Assembly: GCA_963702425.1 (NCBI GenBank)
Contig: CAVPCQ010000021.1
Coordinates: 64,001 to 128,000, forward strand
DNA from: an uncultured Acidobacteriota bacterium
Lineage (GTDB): Bacteria; Acidobacteriota; Polarisedimenticolia; J045
DNA length: 64,000 nt
Reading direction: 5' to 3'
Part shown: piece by piece, positions 55,557 through 64,000 of the stretch
How the letters are laid out: each line of letters starts with the position of its first letter
Position numbering within the stretch: position 1 is the first letter of the stretch
The notes under the pieces: generated by a model
Database searches by the model: none
Seen by the model: only the letters and a program-made list of their open reading frames with translations
Told to the model about the DNA's origin: nothing
Made by a program: the position numbers and the translations under genes

Positions 55557-58500
55557 GGGCCGCCCTCCGTGGCGGCCCGCGCCACGCGGGCTCGGGCCGG
55601 GACGGAGCCCGGCCCCTACAGGCGGTACCGCGCGGCGTCTCGCCGCGGTCCTGCTGCTGCTTCTCGCCGCGGCGCTGCCCGCGACGGCCCAGACCGTCTC
55701 TTCGTCGCTCCAGGGCACCGTCACGGGGGCGGACGGCAGGCCGCTCGCCGACGCGGTCATCACTGCGCGGCACGCCGCGACCGGGGTCGTGCGCTCGACC
55801 CTGACCGGCCCCGACGGGCGCTACGTGCTGGGGTCGCTGCCGCCCGGAGAGTGGGTCGTGACCGCGACTTCGCCCGAGGGGAACCCGGGAGGCGAGCGCG
55901 CCGTCACGCTCGCCCTGCAGCAGACGGGGCGGGTCGACTTCGTCGTGCTGAGCGGGATCGCGGAAGAGGTCGAGGTCAAGGGGACGACGCCGCTGCTCGA
56001 GCCGAAGCGCACCAGCACCGAGCTGCGGATCGAGAATCTCAAGGTGGACGCGCTGCCGGTCCAGGGGCGCGCCATCACGCAGCTCGCGCTGCTCGACTCT
56101 TCGATCGTCGCCACGCCGCCCGGCGCGTTCTACGGCGAGCGGGGGGCGGTCTTCTCGGCCAACGGGCAGGGCGGACGCGCCAACGCTTACCTCGTCGACG
56201 GGCTCGACAACGGCGACCGCGTCAGCTCGACGACGCTCAACAGCTTCTTCTCGCAGCAGGTCGTGCGCGAGTACGTGCTGATGAAGAACTCGTTCGCGCC
56301 GGAGTTCGGGCGGGCGACGGGCGGGGTGATGAACGTCGTCACCGAGCGCGGCGAAAACGACTTCGCCGCCTCCGCGTTCGTGCAGGGCTCCAGCCGCCAG
56401 TTCAACTCGGCGGGCAGCTTCGTCCAGGACCTGCCCGGCGCCACCGCCGACGACTCCGGCGAGCTGGGGGCGTTCGGCTTCAAGCTCGGCGGGCCGATCG
56501 TGCGCGATCGCTCGTTCTACTTCGCGGCCTTCGAGCAGCAGACGAACGACGACGTCTACCCCTACACCGGGATCGATCGGAACGGGGTCCCCGGGGGGGT
56601 CCTGCGCGGCACGAACCGCGACACCAACCTCTTCCTGCGCGGCGACTTCAACCTCTCCGACAGCGATTTCCTGATGCTGCGGCTGTCGGGCGACCGGCGG
56701 GCATCGGTGGGCCTCAACGTCGGGGGCGTGACGACGCCGGAGGCGGGATTCTCGCTCGACGAAGAGGACTGGCAGCTGGCGGGGACGCTGACCTCGGTGA
56801 TCTCTCCGCGGGTGGTGAACGAGTTCCGGATGCTCGTGGGAACCTCCGATTTCACCCAGAACGCCAACTCGACGCGGCCGGGCGTCGAACGGCCGTCCGG
56901 CCTCTTCGGCGGCAACAACCTGGCATTCCAGGACCGCACCGAGGACCGGGTCGAACTGCTCGACAACGTCGCTTGGACGGCCGGAACGCACCAGTTCAAG
57001 GCCGGGGTCGACCTGCTCTGGACCCGCACGAAGGCGCAGACGGCATTCAATCCGAACGGCAACTTCCTCTACGCGACCGACCTCCCGTTCGAGCCGGGGG
57101 ACTGCGGCGACCTGCTCGCCTCCCAGGTGCCGCGCTGCCCGCCGGGCGACCCCTATTGCGCCGCGCTCAGCACCCCGGTCCCCTGCCCCGGCATCCCCGG
57201 CGTCGACGACGATGGCGACGGCCTGGTCGACGAGCCGGGCCGGATCGACAGCTACCCGTTCGTGTTCCAGTACATCGACGGGAAACCCGAACGTCACGCT
57301 CGACGACACGCAGCTCGCGCTGTTCATGCAGGACAGCTGGCAGGTGAACCCGCGCCTCACGATCGACTACGGCCTGCGCTACGACCTGGCGAGTTATGTG
57401 CTGCCCGCGGCGGTCGGCGTCCCGTCCCGCGTCGAGAACGGCGGGGCCGGTCGCGACACGAACAACCTCGCGCCCCGCGCGGCGTTCAGCTGGCTGGCCA
57501 CGCCGGACGGCAAGACGATCGTGCGCGGCGGAGCCGGCGTCTTCTACGACAAGATCCCGCTCGGCTTCCCGGCCGTGGCGGCCGTGACGGCGCAGACCGC
57601 GATCGGGCTGATCTTCCCGCAGGGCCTGACCTTCGAGATCACCGAGGACGTGGTCGAGCAGTACGGGATCGACCTGATCCTCTCCGGCCTGGTCTTCCCC
57701 GACAACCTGACGATGCGCTTTTCCACGGCGACCGAGCTCGACACGCCCTACGCCGTCCAGTACACCCTCGGCGCGGACCGCGCGCTCGGGCAGTTCGGGG
57801 CGCTCTCGCTGGAGGCCGTGCGAGTGCTCGGCTACCACCAGGTCATGATGCGCGACCTCAACCCGGTCGTGACGACGGATCCGAGCGGGATGCCGATCCA
57901 CCGCGACGCCGAATTCGGCTCGATCGCCGCGATCACGACCGAAGGACGCACCTGGTATACCGGGGTCACGCTCGGCTATCGCTGGTCGCGCGCCGCCGAC
58001 TGGGCCTCGGCGTCATACACCTGGTCGACCGCGGAGGATCTCGCGCCCGATCCCCTGAAGGGCGGGATCGCGCTCCCGCCCGACTCCGACGACATCGCCA
58101 GCGAGAAGGGGCGCTCGGACTACGACCGGCGCCACCGGCTGGTGCTCTCGGGGTCGCTGGGACTCGGCTTCTGGGGGCTGCGGCTGGGCGCGGCGGCGCA
58201 GTACGCGACGGCGATCCCCTACAACGTCACCACCGGCCGCGACGAGAACCTCGACGGCATCACCTCGGACCGGCCGGAGGGGATCGGCCGCAACCAGGGC
58301 GAGGAGTCGCCGCTGGGGCCGATCAACGCGCTGCGCCGCGAGGTCGGCCTCGCGCCGGTGGAGAGTCTCTCGGCCGAGCCCTTCGCACAGGTCGACCTGA
58401 GGCTGTCGCAGCCGTTCGGGCTCGGCGGCGGGACGGGCGGCGAGTGGTACCTGCAGGTCTTCAACCTGTTCGACCGCTTCAACCCGGCGTTGATCGACGG

Positions 58501-58588
58501 TCGCGTCACCTCGGTGAACTTCGGCCAGGCGCTCGGGCTCGCGGGACCGCCGCGGACCCTCGAGCTGGGCCTGCGCGTCGGCTTCTGA
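55546..58588 (+). CDS. TonB-dependent receptor with N-terminal carboxypeptidase-regulatory-like domain (Oar-like), frameshift near 57285
   Basis: QGTVTG, YLVDGLDN, APEFGRATGGVMNVVT, QDSWQVNPRLTIDYGLRYD and NNLAPR motifs. C-terminal LGLRVGF. Confidence 0.92.
55553..55619. repeat. REP doublet (REPIN-like)
   Basis: GTAGGGGCCGCCCTCCGTGGCGGCCC ... GGGCCGGGACGGAGCCCGGCCCCTAC. Confidence 0.8.
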
Positions 58589-58595
58589 GGAGCCC

Positions 58596-59270
58596 GTGAA
58601 GATCCTCGTCGTCGACGACGACCTCGACCTGCGCGGGCTGATCGGCTTCGCGCTGCGGCAGGCGGGCTACCTGGTGCTCGAGGCCGGCAACGGCGTCGAA
58701 GCGCTCGAACTCTTCGAGCGCGAGCAGCCCGATCTCGTCGTGCTCGACGTCAACATGCCGAAACTCGACGGCTTCGAGGCTTGCCGCAAGATCCGCGCCG
58801 TCTCGCGCACGCCGGTCATGATGCTCACGGTGCGCGGCACCGAGGAGGACCAGGTCCGCGGCCTCGACCTGGGCGCCGATGACTTCCTCGTCAAGCCGTT
58901 CAGCCCGCGGACGCTGCTGGCCCGCGTGCGGGCGCTGCTGCGCCGGACCGAGCCGGCGCAAGAGCCGACTCTCACGGCGGGGCGGATCGCGCTCGATCCC
59001 GGGCGCTTGACCGTGCGCGTCGACGAATCGGAGCCGGTCCACCTGACGCCCCTCGAGTTCCGCCTGCTGCAGTACCTCGCCGCCAGCGCCGGGCACCCGA
59101 TCGCCAGCGAGCGGCTGGCGCGCCACGTCTGGGGCTACGAGGGGATCGGCGACCGCCAGCGCCTGAAGCAGCTGGTCCACCGCGTCCGGACCAAGATCGA
59201 GAGCAATCCCGCCGAGGCCCTGCTGCTGGTGACTGTCCCCGGCGTGGGCTACGTGCTGCAGGTCGACTAG
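58596..59270 (+). CDS. OmpR/PhoB family response regulator
   Basis: ILVVDDD, LDVNMP, GADDFLVKPF, LTPLEFRLL and TVPGVGY motifs. Confidence 0.95.
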   Translation: MKILVVDDDLDLRGLIGFALRQAGYLVLEAGNGVEALELFEREQPDLVVLDVNMPKLDGFEACRKIRAVSRTPVMMLTVRGTEEDQVRGLDLGADDFLVKPFSPRTLLARVRALLRRTEPAQEPTLTAGRIALDPGRLTVRVDESEPVHLTPLEFRLLQYLAASAGHPIASERLARHVWGYEGIGDRQRLKQLVHRVRTKIESNPAEALLLVTVPGVGYVLQVD

Positions 59271-59360
59271 CGGTCCCTCCCGCACGCGGGAATCCCGCGC
59301 GGGCAACGCCCGGGATCCGATCGCCGCGCCCGGTCCGCGTAGCGCGCAGACAATCGGCGC

Positions 59361-59849
59361 ATGACGACACCGCGCATCGACCGCCCCTCCCCGGCCCGCG
59401 TCCGGCGCTTCGTCCGCGCGCGCGACGACCGGCGCGACTGCGCCTACCTCGTCACGCTCTACGCCACCGCGGGCGCGCCGCCGCTGGCGCGGCTCGACGG
59501 TTGCGGGATCGCGCTGCTGCCGGCGGGGCTGCTCGCGGCCGACGAGTGGCTGAAACTCCCGCTCGTCTTTCCGCACGTCAGCCTGGACGCCTGGGTCGTC
59601 GTACCGGACCACCTTCATGGCGTGCTCTGGCTCGAGGACCCGCGCGGTGTACCGCTGACCGCGGTCGTCAAGCAGTTCAAGGACGACTCGGCGCGTCGGA
59701 TTCGGGCCCAGTTCGGCAGCGAGGCGCTCCCGGTCTGGGGTGCCGGCCACTGCGACCGGGTGTTGCGCAGCTTCGCCCAGGTCGCATCGGCGCGGGAGTG
59801 GGTGCGGGACGGGCCGCGGCGTTGGGCGGCCCGGGCGGGGTCCCCGTGA
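59361..59849 (+). CDS. REP-associated tyrosine transposase (RAYT/Y1 HUH) homologue, catalytic Tyr apparently replaced
   Basis: YLVTL, LDAWVVVPDHLHGVL (HUH), VKQFK..SARRI and VWGAGHCDRVLR. WVRDGPRRW sits where YIxxNPxxW is expected. Confidence 0.8.
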   Translation: MTTPRIDRPSPARVRRFVRARDDRRDCAYLVTLYATAGAPPLARLDGCGIALLPAGLLAADEWLKLPLVFPHVSLDAWVVVPDHLHGVLWLEDPRGVPLTAVVKQFKDDSARRIRAQFGSEALPVWGAGHCDRVLRSFAQVASAREWVRDGPRRWAARAGSP

Positions 59850-60205
59850 TCGGAGCGGTATCGAACCTACCCCTTCCGGTCCTGTCCGTAGTGTCTCAAA
59901 GGCTGCCCGGAGCGTCTCGATATCGCGTGGCGCGGGTCCCCGGACCTGCGTAAGTTCTGAGCGCTCGCGCCGCCCCTGCGCCCAAGGGGGGCGGCGTGGC
60001 GGGACGCCGGGGAGAACGCCGGGCCGACTCGACGGGAGTGCTTGGAGCCTGATGTCGAGCCACGGCCCGGGGGGGGTCCTGTCCACTCGTTGCGGAACCG
60101 TTCGCGATGCGCAGAAGCGGCGCGCCTTCCCGCGCCCGCTCCGCGTCGCCATTTCCCGACCGGGACGGCGCGAGCCGCTGGCTTCATGGCACCGGAGGCC
60201 CCTTG

Positions 60206-63200
60206 ATGAGAAGTCCGTCCGCCCTGTTCTCCATCCCCAGCGTTCCGCTGTTCGTGCTCGGCGCACTCGCCGGCGCCGTTGCGGCTCCGGACGTCCTGGC
60301 GCAATGCACGCCGGAACCTGAGCTGTGCGACGGCGTCGACAACGACTGCGACGGCTCCGTCGACGAGGTCCGGGGGACGCGCTACGTCGCGGTGAGCGGC
60401 TCGGACGGCGCCGGGTCGAACCTCTGCACCAGTCCGGGGTCGCCCTGCGCGACGATCACCCACGCGTCGAACGCCGCCTGCGTCAACGAGCTGATCTCGG
60501 TCGCGCCGGGCACCTACGCCCAGGACGCGGTCTTGGCCAAGGCCGGCGTGACGGTCGACAGCAGCAGCTCCTCGATCGACACCCGGCTGCAGGGGACGGG
60601 CGCCGGCGATGTCGTGAAGATCCTCGCGTCCGGCGTGATCTGGAACGGGATCGAGGTCTCAGGCGGCCCCGCGGGCGCCTGCGTGCGAGTCGGCGACGCG
60701 GCGCACCCCGACGTGCGCAACGTCTCGATCCAGAACAACCCGATCCACTCCTGCGCGGTCGGCGTGCTCTTCGACTCGACCGGCTCGCCGGCGAGCGGCG
60801 GCTGGAACCGGGTGCTCGACACGATCGTCCGCAATCACCTCGGGAACGGCCAGCCGAACAGCGGCGTGGGGATCCTGTTCGTCGGCGGCAGCGGCAAGAC
60901 CGAGATCAAGCTGGGCCAGATCCGGGACAACGACGGGCCGGGCCTTCGTGTCGTGGCCCCGCCGCCCGGCGGGAGCAGTTCCACGATCCGGATCGTCGGC
61001 CTCATCATCTCCGACAACGGCAAGGGAGTCCAGGCCGACGGTCGGAGCGCGCTGGAGTTCTCGCACGCGAGCGACGTGGTCGTCGAGGGGAACGACATCA
61101 GGGGCCACGTCGGCCTCGGCGGAGTCACCGACGGCGGCGCGGTGCGCCTCGACGCGGTAGCGGGCGGGAGCATCCTCTGCAACCGCGTGCGCGACGGCGA
61201 GAACGGCGTGGCCGCGCTCGGCGGAACGACCGCCCTGAGCATCCTGTCGAACCGCTTCACGGGCAACACCGGCACCGCGCTGCTGTTCGACCCGACGTCG
61301 GGGGCCGGCTCGGTCGTCAATCAGGACCTCTTCAGCGGCAACGCCGTCGCGCTGGACAACCGGAACCCGGCGCCGCTCGACGCGCGCCTGAGCTGGTGGA
61401 ATGCGGCGAGCGGACCGGCCCCCGGCGGGTCCGGCGACCTCGTCCTGGGGGCCGTCGACAGCTCGCGGTTCTGGGCCCGGGGCGTCGCGCCTTTGCTGGT
61501 CAAGGCGCCCGAGAACAGCGGCTGGAGCTGGCCCGTCGCCGCCTGCTACGCGCTCGTCGGTCCGGCCGCGAACGCCGCCGTCGACGGCGACCTGCTGCTG
61601 GTCGGCACCGGGCGCTACATCGAGCACGCGGTCATCGACGGCAAGCGGCTCGACATCGAGGGGATCGACGGCGGCTCGGCCTGCTCGCCGTCCCAGATGT
61701 GGGGCGAGCAGTCGGGCGGCTCGCACCTGCCGACGCTGCGGATCAGGAACGTGTCCGGCATGTCGATCAACAACCTGAGCATCGACGGGGCCGGCCAGGG
61801 GACGACCTGCGGCCAGGGCACGGGCGACGAGATCAACCTCGACCTGCAGAACGTGGACGACTCGCACTTCACCAACCTCTGCACCTGGCAGCATGGCGTG
61901 ACCGGCGTGCGGGTCTACGGCGACTCCGACAACAACCTGCTCCAGCGGATCCGGGTCTCCGGCATGATCCGCGACCACGAAGGGGACGACCTGTGCGGCG
62001 CGCGGGGCCGCGAGGGGTTCCTGATCGATGGCGGCCCGGCCTGCGAAGGCGGCCCCGGCGCGTTCGCGGACGGCAACCGGATCGTCGACGTCCAGACCTT
62101 CCACAACTCGCGCGCGATCACGGTCAAGCTGGCCCGGGGCACCGAGATCTCGAGCAGCCTGGTCCACGGCGTGCCGTCCGGCCAGTGGGACGGCGGCGTG
62201 TTCGCCACCGCGATCTGGGTCAAGATGTCCGACGATACCTCGATCCTCGACAACTACGACGTCGGGAACCGCGGGATGACCGACGCGATCCGGATCCAGG
62301 GCCGCGCCGCGGCCGACTGCGCTACCGAGAATCCCGACAGCGACCGGACCACGCTCCGCGGCAACACGATCGACATGGTGGAGAACGGCGGCTACTGCCT
62401 GCGCGTCTATCGAGGCGCCGGCGACCCCGGCACCGTGACCGCCGTCGACGCCTCCTGCAACACGATCCGCGGCGGCTACCAGGGGGTGCGGCTCGAGACT
62501 GCGGATCCGGCGACGTCGTTCGCGATGAACGACCTCGTCGCCGACACGCAGGGCCTCGTGAACCTGGCACCGGACCTCGCGCTGGCCGAGAACAACTGGT
62601 GGGGCGATCCGTCCGGCCCGAGCGGCGCGGGACCGGGAACGGGCACCTCGGTGACCGGGAACGTCGACTTCACGCCGTGGATGAGCTCGTCCGCGTTCGA
62701 CGACGCCGACCTGGACGGCTGGTCCGAGTGCGCGGGAGACGCGAACGACGCCGATCCGCTGATCAAGCCGGTCGACCCGTGCGACGGATTCGACAACGAC
62801 CTCGACGGCACGACGGATGAGGACTTCGTGCCGCAGGCGACGAGCTGCGGGCTGGGTGTCTGCGCGCGGCAGGGAGCGACGACCTGCGTTGCCGGTGTCG
62901 CGCAGGACAGCTGCGCTCCGGGACCGCCGAACGACCCGCTCGACGCCTCCTGCAATGCGCTCGACGACGACTGCGACGGCGTCGTGGACGACGGGTTCGC
63001 GACCACTCCGACCGCCTGCGGCGTCGGGGCCTGCGCCGCCACCGGCGCGATCTCCTGTGTCGGCGGCGCGGTGCAGGACACCTGCCTGCCGGGTACACCG
63101 GCGCCGGACGACGCCACCTGCAACGCCGTCGACGACGACTGCGACGGTTCCGTAGATGAGGAGTTCGTCCCCGGCTCGACGGCTTGCGGGGTCGGTGCGT

Positions 63201-64000
63201 GCGCGTCGACCGGCGTCGGATCGTGCGTGGGCGGCACCTACGTCGATAGCTGCATTCCGGGAACGCCCGCCCCTTCCGACGCGAGCTGCAACGCGGTCGA
63301 CGACAACTGCGACGGCCTGGTCGACGAGGGCTACGTCGCGCAGAGCACCGGCTGTGGCGTCGGCGCCTGCGCGCGCTCCGGCGCGACCTCGTGCGTTGCC
63401 GGCGTCGAGCAGGACGGCTGCCAGCCCGGTCTGCCGGTCTTCCCCATCGACGAGAACTGCAACGGCGAGGACGAGGACTGCGACGGCTCCGCCGACGAGG
63501 AGTTCCTGCCGACGACCAGCTCGTGCGGCCGCGGCGCCTGCGTGCAGATCGGGAACGTCACCTGCGTGAACGGCCAGATCGACGACACCTGCGTCCCGGG
63601 CGAGCCGCCGTCCCCGGTCGACGACTCCTGCAACGGCGGCGACGACGACTGCGACGGCTCGGTGGACGAGGAGTTCACCCCGCAGCCGACGACCTGCGGG
63701 TCGGGCGCCTGCGCCGCCGCCGGGACGCTGACCTGCTCGAACGGCGTACCGAGCGATTCCTGCACGCCGCTCGGCTCCGGCACCGAGACCTGCAACGGGC
63801 TCGACGACGACTGCGACGGGACGGCGGACAACGGCTTCGCGCTCGGCGGAGCGTGCAGCGCCGGCGTCGGGGCCTGCGAGGCCGCGGGCACGATCGTCTG
63901 CTCGCCTGACGGGCTCGGAACGGTCTGCAGCGCGGTGCCGGGCCCGCCGGCCGCCGACGACAGCCTCTGCAACGCGCAGGACGACGACTGTGACGGCGCG
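60206..64000 (+). CDS. Very large secreted protein with right-handed beta-helix regions and tandem Cys-rich CNxxDDDCDG repeats (3'-partial)
   Basis: ATG at 60206 with GGAGG RBS and signal peptide. Frame stays open to the window end. ENNWWGDPSGP motif. At least 8 copies of a ~57-aa Cys-rich unit from about 62776. Confidence 0.88.
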   Translation, partial: MRSPSALFSIPSVPLFVLGALAGAVAAPDVLAQCTPEPELCDGVDNDCDGSVDEVRGTRYVAVSGSDGAGSNLCTSPGSPCATITHASNAACVNELISVAPGTYAQDAVLAKAGVTVDSSSSSIDTRLQGTGAGDVVKILASGVIWNGIEVSGGPAGACVRVGDAAHPDVRNVSIQNNPIHSCAVGVLFDSTGSPASGGWNRVLDTIVRNHLGNGQPNSGVGILFVGGSGKTEIKLGQIRDNDGPGLRVVAPPPGGSSSTIRIVGLIISDNGKGVQADGRSALEFSHASDVVVEGNDIRGHVGLGGVTDGGAVRLDAVAGGSILCNRVRDGENGVAALGGTTALSILSNRFTGNTGTALLFDPTSGAGSVVNQDLFSGNAVALDNRNPAPLDARLSWWNAASGPAPGGSGDLVLGAVDSSRFWARGVAPLLVKAPENSGWSWPVAACYALVGPAANAAVDGDLLLVGTGRYIEHAVIDGKRLDIEGIDGGSACSPSQMWGEQSGGSHLPTLRIRNVSGMSINNLSIDGAGQGTTCGQGTGDEINLDLQNVDDSHFTNLCTWQHGVTGVRVYGDSDNNLLQRIRVSGMIRDHEGDDLCGARGREGFLIDGGPACEGGPGAFADGNRIVDVQTFHNSRAITVKLARGTEISSSLVHGVPSGQWDGGVFATAIWVKMSDDTSILDNYDVGNRGMTDAIRIQGRAAADCATENPDSDRTTLRGNTIDMVENGGYCLRVYRGAGDPGTVTAVDASCNTIRGGYQGVRLETADPATSFAMNDLVADTQGLVNLAPDLALAENNWWGDPSGPSGAGPGTGTSVTGNVDFTPWMSSSAFDDADLDGWSECAGDANDADPLIKPVDPCDGFDNDLDGTTDEDFVPQATSCGLGVCARQGATTCVAGVAQDSCAPGPPNDPLDASCNALDDDCDGVVDDGFATTPTACGVGACAATGAISCVGGAVQDTCLPGTPAPDDATCNAVDDDCDGSVDEEFVPGSTACGVGACASTGVGSCVGGTYVDSCIPGTPAPSDASCNAVDDNCDGLVDEGYVAQSTGCGVGACARSGATSCVAGVEQDGCQPGLPVFPIDENCNGEDEDCDGSADEEFLPTTSSCGRGACVQIGNVTCVNGQIDDTCVPGEPPSPVDDSCNGGDDDCDGSVDEEFTPQPTTCGSGACAAAGTLTCSNGVPSDSCTPLGSGTETCNGLDDDCDGTADNGFALGGACSAGVGACEAAGTIVCSPDGLGTVCSAVPGPPAADDSLCNAQDDDCDGA

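Overview
Very GC-rich chromosomal window from a diderm bacterium. Gene content (Oar-type TonB-dependent receptor, CNGxDDDCDG repeats, alpha-2-macroglobulin) suggests an Acidobacteriota- or Myxococcota-like lineage, which is inference only. About 40 protein genes and two tRNAs (Val-TAC, Asp-GTC) are supportable. About ten genes are broken by single-base indels, often in short homopolymers, most likely long-read assembly errors. Contents include asnA and a glutamine synthetase-family gene, a ~2000-aa Kelch/IPT/FN3 surface protein, a periplasmic folding cluster, an alpha-2-macroglobulin/PBP1C/SpoIID operon, a Phd-VapC toxin-antitoxin pair, a sulfate ABC operon whose ATPase carries two USP-like domains, a split two-component system, and large Cys-rich secreted proteins. 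The most notable signals are four. (1) A conserved C-terminal domain ending FW[YF]xxRxxNCxGxG[ST]YD...RDxGI...CP-stop is shared by unrelated secreted proteins and an orphan fragment, a candidate undescribed protein-sorting signal. (2) An MMPL transporter, PhnD-like binding protein and TPR lipoprotein resemble the BstABC sterol transporter. (3) A GTAG-type REP family whose GTAG supplies stop codons, one copy apparently translated into a signal peptide. (4) A RAYT-like HUH protein lacking its catalytic tyrosine. No CRISPR array, rRNA, integrase or reverse transcriptase was seen.
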